Part shown: in pieces, positions 1 to 12,232 of the stretch | Numbering within the stretch: the first letter of the stretch is position 1 | How the letters are laid out: the number at the start of each line of letters is the position of its first letter | Origin: Anthoceros angustus | Taxonomy: Eukaryota > Plantae > Anthocerotophyta | Direction of reading: 5' to 3' | DNA length: 64,000 bases | Assembly (NCBI GenBank): GCA_010909165.1 | Contig: MU008213.1 | Location: forward strand, 47,481 to 111,480 | The notes under the pieces: generated by a model | What the model saw: the letters and a program-made list of their open reading frames with translations, nothing else | Told to the model about the DNA's origin: nothing | Databases searched by the model: none | Program-made: the position numbers and the translations under genes

Positions 1-1490
1 AGTTCCCCCCCTTTGCGGGAGTACCCTCCTCCGTATCCGTGGTACTCTCTCCATTCTTCTTCCTTTTCAGCTGCCTTCTCTCCTTTCACTCCTTTCTGCG
101 ACTTCGAGTTGACACCTCCAGCACCTCCAGGGCCACCTCTTCTTCCTTAGTAGTACCCCCTTCACGCCACACCGTCCCAAGTCCCCTCGGTGTCTCCTCC
201 CATTCCTTGATTTGTCGTCTTCAATCTGCTGCGGCGCGGCGGGAATGGTGTGGGCGGTTCAAGGTTCTCCCCGGGGTGGCATAGCGTACCGTCTTTGAGC
301 GAGGGTTCGGGCTGAAGTCTGCCGCCTCCTTTTATCCCACAGGCGTTCAAAATCTCCATTACCTTGCCTGGTGGGGTACGGGCAAGTGTTGGAGTAGTGC
401 CCGGGGTTTCCACAGTTCCAACAGACCACCGCCGCCCAGAGAATCCCCGATGGTCCCCCCATGCGGTGTTGCATCGGCGGTCGGGGCATGGACGCACCCC
501 CCGCCGCAGGATACATCGTCTTTGGGTATCGCGGCCTCGGAGGGGCTTCCTGCACTTGGTAAGCGTCCTCCCATTATTCCTCTGACTCTTCCTTGTAGTC
601 GTACTCCACTTGGTTCACCCGTGCGGAAGGCGGTTAGCCTTGATGCCCATCTTTGGTGGCACACCGCGCACCATAAATGGGTCCGAACCGTAGTGGCCGC
701 CTTCCGCCACTCGATCCTTTACCTGATTGATCGTTAACTCCTCCACCTTCTTCATTACCTGCTCCAGGTCCTCCCTCAAACCCACTACTTCCTTTAAGGG
801 AGCCGGATCAAGTGGAGCCTCTCGCCCCGGGGCAAGCATCACGACCTCCTTTTTTTCACCCCTCCGTTTCACTACGGCCTTCTTCTTCTTATTTTTGCGG
901 CGGGGTTCTTCCTCCTCCGCAGAGACTTCGGACTCTACCTCGGAGATCTCCTCCTCCTCCTCCAAAGAAACCTTCGTCTCTTCATCTTCCTCTTCCGAGG
1001 GCTCCTCATCTTCAGACTCCGAGCTCCGTCTCTTCTTCTTCTTCTTCTTCTTCCCTCCCTGGGTCATCCTCGTTCTTCGTTGGTGCATCGACTCCTCGTA
1101 GTTCTCGGCCGCCCGGACCGCTTTACTCACATCTTTCTCGGCCAGCACATGGCAGCCATTGGTTTGGGTTGGGCCGACGCAAACCATCCACCTTTGCATG
1201 GTGGTGTGGTGAGTGCCAGTCTGGGGCGTAGAACAGCTCGATATCTGATCGGCTTCTCACCACCTCGCTTGATTCTCGAGCTTGGGCGTAGACTTCTGAT
1301 CGATTCCTCGGAATCTCTCGAGAGAGCATCCTTGACTTCAAAGGTTGCGAGGCGTTAGGGTGCAGTACTTCCTCCGTACCATTGAGCCGCCATTCCCAGG
1401 ACCCACAGGCAGTTGAATGGTAACGCATCAGGAGCCTTCTCCGTTAAGTTGCAGGACACAAAATCCTCCACAAGGTTTGCATCCCTTCCT
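1..1490 (-). mobile_element. gag: Ty3/Gypsy gag fragment (non-chromovirus, Athila/Phygy-like) with CCHC zinc knuckle
   Basis: Minus-strand CWNCGNPGHYSNTC (CX2CX4HX4C) at ~382-423, preceded by an acidic/lysine-rich linker and 'QVMKKVEELTINQVK'. The latter parallels 'EMMAKFEKFHLNAVK' before the zinc knuckle of the Athila-like gag at ~33530. Confidence 0.8.
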
Positions 1491-1612
1491 TGGCTTCGGC
1501 GCGCGCGGCCGGTCGGCCCTGTCCGGTGGGATCGAGTTCGCCCGGTTTGGTCTGGGCGTACGCGCTGGATGCGAGAAAAGGCGGCGATCAGGAGGCAGAG
1601 AGGCTTGTTCAT
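1490..1612 (-). CDS. 5' end of a bacterial-type secreted protein (signal peptide), truncated
   Basis: ATG at 1612; with one indel corrected it reads MNKPLCLLIAAFLASSAYAQTKPGELDPTGQGRPAARAEAK. This is a Sec signal peptide with an AYA|Q cleavage site and the same GC-rich codon usage as the upstream gene. Confidence 0.6.
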
Positions 1613-1620
1613 GGCGAGGC

Positions 1621-2027
1621 TCATGGAAGGTTCATGGAGGAGGAGAGGCGGAGGGCGCTGCGGCTGCGCGAGGCCCGCCGCCGTCGCGCCGATGCGGCGC
1701 GCAGGCGCCGCACCTGCAGGCAACCACGACCAGCACCGCGAAGCAGGCGCCCACGGTCTTCTGCAGCGCCGGATCCTCGGGCTGCTGAACAGCATGGGGC
1801 GCCCACGGGCAGCGCGCGTGAAGGTCTCGGTCAGGCCCGGGATCAGGTGAAAGAAGAAGGTGGTCGAATACGCGATGGTTTCCACGTAGCGGGAGGCGCG
1901 GCCGAAGGCGTTCGTCCGGCCGGCCGCCGCCGCGACGAGCAGCACCGCCAGCGTCAGGATGCCCAGCACGTGGGTGCGCCGAAGCCGCCGCGCTGGAAGA
2001 TCCCAGCCCGTGAGGCAGGTGAGCACC
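1621..2027 (-). CDS. Fragment of a bacterial-type hypothetical inner-membrane protein (frameshifted)
   Basis: Stitched frames read VLTCLTG-IFQRGGFGAPHVLGILTLAVLLVAAAAGRTNAFGRASRYVETIAYSTTFFFHLIPGLTETFTRLPVGAP-LFSSPEDPALQKTVGACFAVLVV-LQVRRLR. This matches from memory a proteobacterial hypothetical membrane-protein family. The segment is ~70% GC with almost all third positions G/C. Confidence 0.8.
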
Positions 2028-2358
2028 NTCGTTCCTTCAATTGCGGGACTCATTTGTGCTCATCTCCTTGTTGGTGTTCCTCTTCTTTGATAGGTGAAGA
2101 AGAGGACCTCGAATGACAACACTTACAGGAGATCACATGTGATGCAATACGACAAATTATCTCTCTTCTTAGGTTATGACCGAAGCGAAAGTCGCAGGCT
2201 GCCTTGTTGGACATGGGCATTTCCGGAACAATCACTTGGGAGTCAGGTGTGAATCAACGCCATCTGATTTGCACTATTGGCACAAGGTACAAGCATCATT
2301 ACTCTTCATGTGGATTTGTTGTGAACCTTGGAAGGGACGAGGGTATGACGAGAATAGG

Positions 2359-3420
2359 TGTTGACATTAGGTCTCAATAATATTAGCATTTATAGTGTGT
2401 GTGTGTGTACATAGATATTATTATTCTACTTACCCCTTCATTAGAGTTACGTCCTTTAGTGAAAGGTTGTGGGAGGCAGATCCCGGGGCTTCCGAGATGC
2501 ACCCTCTAGCGGCCACACTTATCCCACTGTCGTTTCGTACGTTGGGTTTCGTCCCATGAGACTTGTGGTACGGTTGGATCTTGAGAAATCGCTACTGCAC
2601 TACACACTACCTCGACCTTCTAAACAAGACGCCCTCTCACGCTCCCTCTCTACACAATCACCAGATCGCTTCTTAAATTCACCAAGCCTCAACCTAACGA
2701 CACCACACAATTGTGTCACGTCTTAATAGCAAGGTCATCACGGGCCCCAGGGACCCGACCCACACCGCAACCGTCCCTACTCCTAAGACCACTCTTCTCC
2801 ACTGTGAGCGCCCTCTTACTTGCATTTGGGATTCGTCCCTTAGGCTGCCTGTGGCCTTCCGTTTTTCCTGCACTCTAATCCTCCTCACAACTCTCTCAAT
2901 CAACAACGCCCTCTCCTTCTCTACTCATCTAACCTTCCTTTCTCCACAATCTCCTACTCTAACACCGATTGTTGGCTCATTAATACCAACTCGCCCTTAC
3001 GGCACAACTGCCTGGGGTCCGTCTGGAAATTAACAAGTTCTTCCTTGGGCCGGTTGCTATGTGGTGTGTACCAGACAGCGAGAACCTCCAGGGAGTCTTT
3101 CCCTGCAGTCTACCCTCAAGCCGAGAGTTCCTTGAGCATCGCCACACTCAAAGTAAAACAATTCACACGAACCATTCACAAGGGAGCGCAGGGCGCTGCA
3201 AAGAGCAAGCCCTCCCCAAAGACCGCGCGTTCTTCTCTACTCTAATCGTTAGAATTGTATGGTTTAATATATCGTACATTACGTTATACCAAGTAGGTTA
3301 TCTAGTTTACTTAAGAGGGCTTATGAAGTAACCGCTTTACGTGTTACTCTTGTGTCTTTCCAACATTATCAATGTATGCTTGCGTGAGTGTGTGTGTCTC
3401 GTAATCCACAAACATTTTCA
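2359..3420 (+). repeat. Copia 5' LTR (TG...CA), interrupted by a fragment of another LTR family
   Basis: Starts TGTTGACA at 2359 and ends ...ACATTTTCA at 3420, immediately followed by the Met-tRNA PBS. The 5' boundary is less certain than the 3' one. Confidence 0.6.
2468..3240 (-). repeat. Partial LTR of 'family A' (reverse orientation), nested in the Copia LTR
   Basis: Reverse complement aligns by eye with ~51550-52764 (shared blocks such as TCCGAGAT-CACC-CTCTAG-GGCCACACTTATCCC and CTACCCTCAAGCCGAGAGTTCCTTG). It shares the terminus CCTCCCACA. Confidence 0.75.
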
Positions 3421-3432
3421 TGGTATCAGAGC
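3421..3432 (+). promoter_or_regulatory. Primer-binding site, initiator tRNA-Met
   Basis: TGGTATCAGAGC directly after the LTR-terminal CA. Confidence 0.95.
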
Positions 3433-4083
3433 GGGATGATCCGCATCCCTGCTCATCGCTTCTACCTTCCCATTTTTCTTTAATCTCATAATGGAATTAA
3501 TTAAGTGGCAGCGCGATTTCTTTTAAAGACTGGACGGTGGCTAATGAAGCAGCAGGATGCCTCGCAAGGAATTTTGCAGGCATTCATTTCTGGACAACCT
3601 GAGTGGCAAGCGTGATAAGGTGAAGACTCCACCCCGAGGACGTGGATTTGTGGAGGCTTTTGAGCGCCTCTACTTCAAGCAGAAGATTCCACAAGTCAAA
3701 TTGAGAGGGTTCGCTTTTTACAACAATTCATTGATTCCTTTCCCCAGTTCTATCACCGAGACTCCACCGCGTCAAGTAGCTTCAGCAGAAATGGTTACTA
3801 GTTCGTCCAAGAGCGATGTAGGTCATATCCTACCCGTTGTGCTCGAGATTCGTTCTTCTTTGCCTTCAATAGCCAGAATGCCAAGTTGGTCGAACTGTCC
3901 AGTAAGATAGACAACGCCATTGTCAGACTTGATAGGCTAGAGAAAACCGGAGAGTTGGGAAAATTCTCATCCGTTTCTCAAGAGCTAGAGGTCAAGAGAC
4001 ATACCAAGGAAATTAGAGAGATTCGACAGCAGCTCGGGTCTGATGTCCCTGTTCCACAATAATCACTTTGATTTCCAGCAGTA

Positions 4084-6530
4084 ATGGCTGGAACAGGGTC
4101 AGATGGGTCTGACCGACTCCAGGAGAAGGATCGCCTGACTCCTTCCAATTATGACAACTGGAGTTTTCGTATACGCTGTATCCTCGAAGAGAAGTCACTC
4201 ATGGATGTGGTTGATGGCACCAATCCACAGAGAATTGCTGGTCAACCGTCAGGGCCAGCAACACCAGGAGGATCGGTACCCATCTGGACAGCAAAGCAAG
4301 CTGAGGAGTGGCAGTCGAAGGACAGGAAGGCACGCTCAATTCTCGTGTCTTCAGTGTCCCAAGACATGATTCCTCACATCAAGCTGACAAGTACATCAAA
4401 TGAAGCATGGACATTGTTAGGTGACACTTATGAATCTAAGGATATGATGACGGAAGTTGCAGCAACCTTACATTTCCAGACACTTAGCATGAAGGAGGCG
4501 ATTCCGTTGAGAGCCATGTCTCGAGGTTTCGATGCGACGAGCCAAGCATCTTGTGGAGTTTTTGTGCTGACGGCATGACAATTCAACTCCTCGCGTCACT
4601 GCCGCCAAGTTATGAGCAGTTTAGCGCCAGTCAGCAAGCAATTGCCATCAAAGTCCCAGCAACCTCTACAACACCTGCTACATCCAACCTGACTGTACAG
4701 AAGTTGGTTGGTGCATTGCTTGTGAAGCCAGCGAGCATCTGAAGCCGAGGTTAAATCTCAAAATAAAGGAGACCGCCCTCTTGATTGGAGGCGGCGTCGT
4801 GGCGAGGGAGGACGTGGCCGTGGAGGTGCTGGTAGGGGCAGAGGGCAAACGTCCTCTTCATCACCTGATCCGAACTCCACAAAGAAACCAGGTGTGTGTA
4901 ATTATTGTGGCAGACCTAACCATTGGGTTAAGGATTGTAGGAAGAAGAAGGCTGATGATGCAGCTAAAGGAAAACACTCATCTGAGACACATGTTGCCAG
5001 AGCGTCCACTCCAAGTCTGCTGGTAATGTGTCTTGCATCTTCCTCACGTGATTCCTGTCACTGGTTTCTTGACAGTGGTGCATCCAATCACATGTGTTCT
5101 ATGAGGAAGGCCTTCATTTCCTACAAACCAACTCCACCTGGTCATGACCATGCTGTTGTCTTAGGTGATAACTCAGCTTTGCCAATTAGAGGGTTTGGAA
5201 CAGTCCGTGTTACTCTGCAGAATGGTACACCTTTTGAGTTAGAAAATACTCTTCATGTTCCTCTCCTGACTAAGAATTTAGTTAGTACAATGGCCTTGGA
5301 AAACAGGTTGCATTACATTTGAGGGCATAAGTGTACCATTTCTCTCACGGTCTCCATCCAGTTCTAGCTCGTGGTCGCCCCTTGTATGATCTCTATTTGC
5401 TGGATTTCTTTGTTGATGTTCCCGCTCCTGCAGCCCACGTTGCTGATGCAAAGGCTCCTGTTAGTACAGCTTATCTATGGCATTGCAGGCTTGGTCATCC
5501 TAATATACAAGCCATGAGACGTCTTCTCAAAGAGACGATGGTAACTGGATTTGTGGAATCGGAGTTACCTGATCTGGAGCTGTGTGTAGCTTGTATCCAT
5601 GGCAAGTAGTTTAAATCCCACTTTGGGAGTGGTAAACCTCGCAAGGTTACAGAACCTCTGGATCTAATCCACACAGATATCTGTGGCCCTATGTCTACTC
5701 CATCCTGGGGAGGCTCACGATATTTTGTGGTATTTGAGGATGACAGGACTCACTTCACTGTTACATCCCTCCTTCAGCATAAGAGTGAGGTATTTTCCTG
5801 CTTTAAGAAGTATCTGGCTTATGCAGAACGCCAGACTGGGCATAAGTTGAAATGCCTCAGATCTGACAATGCCAAAGAGTATTTGTCAGCTGCCTTTCAA
5901 GAATTTTGCGAAGAAAGAGGAATCACCAGACAGCTCACTATACCTTATCATTCCGATATGAATGGTCGGGCTGAACGTCGCCATCGTACCATTCAGGATG
6001 CAGCCAGGTCCCTTATGTTTCAGGGGAGGTTGCCTGTACGATTTTGGGGTGAAGCAGTTCAAGTTGCCACATATCTTCAGAACAGGATTGTTGTCTCATC
6101 CCTTCATGGCCAGACACCCTTTGAGGCTTGGACGGGGGTCAAGCCCGATTTATCACATCTTCGAGTTTTTGGGAGCATTGCCTATGCACATATTATTCGG
6201 ACAAAGCTGTAAGTTCTCTTACAAATCACAACATATTTTATCGGCTACACTGTTGGCATCCATGGGTACAAATTGTTTGATCCTATCTCTCATAAGGTAC
6301 TCCATGCTCGAACAGTGGTCTTTGATGAGAGATCATTCTTGAGACTACTTCTTTGGATGATTCAGTTCATTCCTTTTGATGCTCAAGGACATTTTGATCG
6401 ATGACTCGACCATGAGTTGACAATACTTTTCCACGGTTTGATGCCTCTTTTCCGGTGGATGTTCTGAAACGATCTAATCCATTTGTTCGCTGGTGTTGCT
6501 CCTCTGGTAGGTCTGTTCACAGTGCTATAG
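4084..6530 (+). mobile_element. gag-pol: Ty1/Copia gag-pol, truncated after integrase
   Basis: Gag N-term (LTPSNYDNWSFRIRCILEEKSLMDVVDG), zinc knuckle CNYCGRPNHWVKDC, protease WFLDSGASNHM, GAG-pre-integrase LWHCRLGH, and rve core SRYFVVFEDD...LRSDNAKEY...NGRAERRHRTI. No RT/RH follows. Confidence 0.95.
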
Positions 6531-7750
6531 CTTACCGTCTTCCGATTCGATGTTGATTCCGATTACATGCCCCGGTCCTCGGTCCCATTGCTGGCTTTGT
6601 TCCTCCGAAGGTTGGTAGAGGACTCTGTGGGCACACCTCGCCCGGTGTGAGAAAAAGCGGACTACCGGCGGTGGCTGGCGGACTACCGTGAGGTCGAATC
6701 TCGGCTAAAAAGGGAAATGAGAATAGGGGGAGGATATCCACTATATATGCTCATCAATAGGGAAATAAATATACAAGGTAATTAGAAAGCGATTAATTAG
6801 AGATAGTAGGCAAAATAGGAAATAGGCAGCATAGGTAGGATTAGGATTTTGGAATGATAAACCAGATCTAGGGTTGTACAGCCTCCAGGTGGCAGTCATC
6901 CAAAGAGGGCAAAGTAGAGCTGGAGCTGAAATTGGAGCGTAAGCGCAAAAGGAAGGAAGGCTACCATCGCTGCGAGAAGAGGAGCTGCCATCACCGCGAA
7001 AGCGGTGGGAGGCGAGGCGTGCGCTTCGAGGAGGGACCCGGACCCGTGAGCAGCGAGGTGAAAAGCGCAGAGCGTGAAGAGGAGAGCTCTCCACACGCCT
7101 CAGGCTACTGAAGAAGGAGGTGTGGAGCGAGAGCTGAAGCGCGGCCTCAAAGTGCCGTGGGCAGAATTGAGGCGGAGGCCGTGAACAATTGGTGGCGGCG
7201 CCCTGCCTTGGAGGAAGGACCACGGAGAGGAGATTGGCAGCAGCTGGAGAACTTAGGCCAGGGCTAACGTGTATTGCAGGGTGAGTGTTGTTGCCACAGC
7301 AAGGAAGGGGTGTGTTTAGGTGTGGAGTTTTGAAGCTCCCAAATTGGAAAGTAATTCCCTTCCTTGAAGCACTTGGAGAAGAGGAAAGCGCCAAGCATTC
7401 TGAGGCATTGCGGAGACCTCCAAGCCCTGACCTTGGGAGGAGCGCCAGGAGTCACGAGCTGGAGTCATCAAGGCGAGGCCCTGAGGGCAAGGCGGGCGCA
7501 AAGTCAAGGAAATTGAGAGCGAAGGGAGGAGCACCGCGACCACCTGCCGGCGGCGCCGTGCCCTGGAAGAAATCGCGAGGAAAATTTGCAACAGCTGGGA
7601 AGCATCACCAAGCCTAACGTTGAAATTGGGTGTTAAGAGAGGTTTTGCTGCCGGACTTGAAAAGAAGGAGCGTTTGAGAGCAAAGTCTTGAGGTTGCCAA
7701 TTGGGAGGTAGTTCACTCCCCTAGCAGCGTTTGGAAAGGAAGGCGCCGCC

Positions 7751-9749
7751 ATGCCTCGAGCGGGAAAAGGCAAGAAGAAGGAGCCACCTGCCAAAGGTTC
7801 CTCCTCAAGAGGAGAAAAGGGCAAACAGCCGGCAGCAGGGACTGCGCCGCCAGGAGGAGGCAAACTTTTAATGCCTCAATTTACGTGCTTTGCAAGGCAG
7901 CTTAACCCCAGGGATCTAGTGGATTTTTGGCAGTGGGCAGAAGAAGACAACATCCAATTGGGATGGGTGTATGGCCGCCAATGGGCCTACACCAATTTGG
8001 AATTGATTGAGGATTGTTTCATCAACCTCCATCAATCGGAGCCTGCCGCTGCGGAGAGGAATGCTCGGATCTCCCATTGGACGGTCCGAGCATTAGGACA
8101 GTGTATGGGAGGCCGGAGGAGAGCTCGGGTGCTCTCCTCGAAAGGTCGAATGGAGGAAGAGACGGCCTCTCGAAATCCCAAGAATTCCTTGACATGATGG
8201 ATGGAGGGTGAAGGCCCACGCCAAGAATGGCTGGAAAAGCGAGCATCAAGGAGCTGAAGTGGAGGCTCTTTGCAAAGATTGTCTGGGGTTGGTGAATTAC
8301 CACGAACTTATTTCAACTTCCTCCGCTTTTTGTGGAAGATTTCCATGAGCCAAGCGGATTGGGGAACAATTATGTATGAAGCATACATCCACCAGAGAAG
8401 CTCCTCAAGCCGAATTCGGTGGATGAGGAAGGGCCCCTACCTTAGCACCTATTTGGTGCATTTGTGGAAAGCAGAGGGGCTTCTCACAAGCAAGGAGTTG
8501 GAAGATGCTTGGCATCCTTGGAGTAATTCATCTCCAGCCAAGTTTGGAAAGGCCTTTGCCTTTTGCATTGAGAAAAGGCAGGAGGTCGGACCTCCACAAG
8601 CATGCTAGGGGCCAAGGGCGGAAGAAGAGGCAACAAGGTTGCCGAATGGGAAGCCTTTCCTCCACAAGAGCAAGGAGGAGAGGCAAGATCCCACCAAGGA
8701 GGCCAATGGTAGTCTATGAGAGGAGAACTACGCTCAAGGTGGGGAGTCCCACCATTGCGTGTGTCAGGGAAGAGGCACCCGGTAGGCGGCCTGCAGGGGT
8801 GGGCGGACTACCCGTGGTAGGCGGTCGACCCTGCAGTAGGTAGGCGGACTACCCGGTAGAAGCGCCTACGCGTGAGCACCCCGTGGCGGCACCTGGTGAG
8901 GAAGGGAAGGAAGCAGAGGCGCGCCCAGGCCGCCATCACCCACCACCAGGTGGGAGGCGGATGGGGGCGGCAGTGAAGGACCCTCGCCGCGATATGAGTG
9001 CAAGGGAGCTGGAGGTTTCCAGCAAGAAGGCCAGGGTGGTGGGACCCCTAGAGGAATTGCTGAGTGCTTGTGAAGCACTCAGCCGTGTGGATTTGAAGGG
9101 GGCTAGGGAACTAGCAGCCTTCTTGTGGGCCTGTCATGAGGAAGTCAAGGCCCAAGAAATGACAGAAAGGAGAGCAGGGACCAAGTGGCAATTGGAGGCC
9201 ATGGAGTCCGACGAGAGGGCAGCCAAGTTAGAGAAGGCTGTGGAGAAAATCCAGCGGGATCTTGTGGATCAACGGCGCGCAGAAAAGGTCCTAGAGGGGA
9301 GGTTGTCACAAACCGAGGAGAGAGCTATTCGAGCGACAACTCAGCGAGACTCTTGGAGGCAAAAGGCGGAAGAGCATTTTGCCCAATTGGAGCAAGAGAG
9401 AAAGAGCAAAACAGAGGCCCTAGGAAGGGAGAAGGTGGCGACCCAACAAATGGACGCACAAGAGCAGGTGATGGCTACCCAAGCCATCAAGATCCGGGAC
9501 ATGGAAGAGGAATTGCGAAGAACCCGGTACCATTTGGAGGAGAAGCGCGCGGAGTTGGGGGTGCAAGATCAGCAATTGCAGGAGCTGGAGCATGAGAAGA
9601 GTTCGTGGCAAGCGGAAAGGGAAGGACTTGCTCAGCAACTAAGAGACTCGGAGGGGAGGAGGTCTCAGGAGGAGGAATACCACAAGAAGGTGGTACATAG
9701 GATGCTGGTGGTAAGGAAGAGGCGATTTTTGGGCAGTTATGCCCTTTAG
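7751..9749 (+). CDS. Retrotransposon accessory ORF (plant-mobile-domain-like N-terminus plus long coiled coil), frameshifted
   Basis: Three consecutive same-strand ORFs: a basic N-terminus MPRAGKGKKKEPPAKG, a globular part with 'DWGTIMYEAY...YLSTYLVHLWKAEGLLTSKE', and a 288-aa heptad-rich coiled coil. The globular part resembles from memory accessory ORFs of bryophyte Gypsy elements. Confidence 0.55.
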
Positions 9750-10139
9750 GCAATTAGAACCAATGAAAGAAGCAAGGAGGAGAATGTGACCCTCCATGTC
9801 AAGGTGGGAGAATTGACCACCTGAGGGCGCCTACAAGGTAGGTGTGAGGATGGAGAGTGGCCGCGAGTTGATGATCTCCAAATGCAATATCATAGCTTGG
9901 GGGCTCACCTCCACTAGCAGATTTTGAGCCAACAACGAAGTCGGCGTGGTTGGCGCCAAGAGGAGGACAATAGGCCAGGCTGCCTTGCCGGCGCTCTTGG
10001 CAGAACATATGGCGTTCACACACCGGACAAACTATGTAAAAAGTAAAGCACGTTCACAATAACCCGCACCCAAACAAACCTACACACGCAATGCGCGCAT
10101 CTGTAAGACCTTATTCAAAAGCTGCCAGTACGGCAAAAT

Positions 10140-10620
10140 GGTCAATTTCAATACGGATGTGAGTCTCAACCGGCTACAATACCGCATTTCCCAAAACTGC
10201 TCGGCTATGCAAGGAACCTCATATGCTACGTTTGGGATCGTAGTATGGGCTGGCTTAGAACAAACATCGACCCAATCGCAATCCGCCTAACTCCAAATTG
10301 TTGGCCATCTTATACTGGAGTGCTCGTGCTGCCTTCCCTCGCCACGGGCGCCCGGCGGCGCTGCCAGCACCCTCCACACGGGGCCAGATGCATCCCGTGG
10401 CGGTTCCCGGTATTACTGCCGTATTACAGGTGATCACATGTTGACACCCACATCCACGCGCGTTTGTGGCCATCCTCACAACCTCTGAGGCATGTCATTG
10501 CATCCATCATGCATGCCCATCGTGCATGTCCATAGCGGGCATACATGCCATATTCATGCACATACATGCACCCATATGCCCTTCACATGTCATTTCATCG
10601 AGGGTGGCATGGCGGTGTCG
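10140..10620 (-). repeat. LTR-like repeat (3' copy) of the DNMT-Gypsy
   Basis: Shares long blocks with 18450-18931, e.g. GCTATGCAAGGAACCTCA, GCTTAGAACAAACATCGAC, TTTGTGGCCATCCTCACAACCTC, CTTCACATGTCATTTCATCG. Confidence 0.8.
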
Positions 10621-10707
10621 GTGCATAAGCGTTCAAGACACACGGACAAACTATGTGGAGCGTTCGTAACCCGCACCCAAACAAACCTACATTCGCGCAT
10701 CTTAGGA

Positions 10708-11090
10708 CTATTCAAAAGCGTTTGGCCCCCTGCCAAAGTAGCTGCCATTTACTGTGAAATAGCACTTGGGCGTATCATAAAACCTTCTATAGAAACGCCG
10801 AAACATACTATCTTGAAGTTGGGGCTGAGAAGGGCACTCATACTCTGTGCGTCCTGTGGCCAATAAAGCTGCCACCCGCCTCTCTTCGGGGTCGAAGTAT
10901 TCGTCCACTTGTGCCTTCCCCAGCCGCTGCCGTTCTCTGGCTCGATGGCGAGCCAAAAGTTCTTCTTCCTCATCACTGTCAAGCTCCGTTTTAACTCTGG
11001 CCATCTGTGGCCCATTCAAGCCATTTACATAGTACTGCTTTTCGATGCACTGGGTGCGTAAATAATCACCGACGTTGTGGTTGAGTACGG
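10708..11090 (-). CDS. Extra sense-strand ORF in the 3' region of the DNMT-Gypsy, unknown function
   Basis: Open frame VTEAVLNHNVGDYLRTQCIEKQYYVNGLNGPQMARVKTELDSDEEEELLARHRARERQRLGKAQVDEYFDPEERRVAALL...FGRGPNAFE*; no internal stop over ~125 codons. Confidence 0.5.
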
Positions 11091-12232
11091 CCTCGGTTAC
11101 TCATCCATTCTAGAATTCACATGCTAAGCAAGCAAGCGGTAAAAGCTGCAGGGGTAGCCTATGGCGTGTCGTCACCTTTCTCCCGATGTAAATGAAGCCA
11201 CACTAATTGCACAAATCTGCGGGTTTCTCCTGTGCTATACATCAAAACCCTTCCTTGGGCGCGGTGATCAAACACACGATGCATAAAAGGTGATGCTCCA
11301 ATTTGCGAAATGCCCTTCACAATAGCTAGTCCACGTGCGTTTGCCTATTCATTCCTCTCCACGCAAGTTCAAACAAATCCTTGTGGTCATATGGAAAATT
11401 TTGACCTTGCAAGTCTCATGATGAGACTCCACATACAAAAATTCGGGAATGTCTGCAGATTCTGGTTTGCCGGTGATATTCGAACAGTCGCCACTTATCT
11501 TCCCATGGCTCGGAAATTGGGGCACACTATGATGCATCCTGCAGTCTTACATGTGATGCTTCCGATCCATTGTCAAACCTCTACACCACAGTCTCCCGGT
11601 TAGTCACGATGTCACAATTCTCACCCGCTCTGCCAGCATGCAGGTGAAGACTTGTTAGTGGCTTTTTCTCGGCCCGCGGTGTCGGCCAACCTCAGTCACC
11701 CGTGAACAACAAGGAGCTCAAGGCGCGGTTGTGATTGTGCTCTCAATCTACCAGGGTTGTGAGCTTGCCTTCCCTCGAATCAGCGCGACCTCAATCCACA
11801 GATGACCAACAAATCACCTTGATGCAGGATGCCACGCTTGCGATCCGTTCCTCACGATGCCCGGATGCTCCAATCGTGTTGTTGTGCCACGGGCCTCGAC
11901 CTCCACCATGTGCCGCCCACCTTGTCTTTGGCCCCAATTTTGATGATGCTTAGTTTGCTTGTCCCTCATGTGCCTCACGGTGCCTTAGTGCGGAACCTCT
12001 CATATTTACACCGATAACCTAACCCTTTGCGAACAAGTATGACCCGTTTGCGGTAGGGCTTCAAACACTCATCTCTTGTACTGCCATCATCCAAAACACT
12101 TTGTTACTACCCACTCATGCTCCTTGCTTGCGCGGCAGGCTCTTTGCAGATAGACCCTATTGGGTCGTGGTTGGAACTTGCGACATTCATGAGGCACCCA
12201 CCGCCCCCTGACCACTTGATTTGCTTGTGGAT

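Noticed and set aside
2395-2410. (TG)n dinucleotide run
   Set aside because: Ordinary short microsatellite inside an LTR.
9797-9801. TGTCA as the true left end of the DNMT-Gypsy with a TSD
   Set aside because: The flanks CTCCA and CCCTC do not match, and 9800-10135 has no counterpart beside the right repeat.
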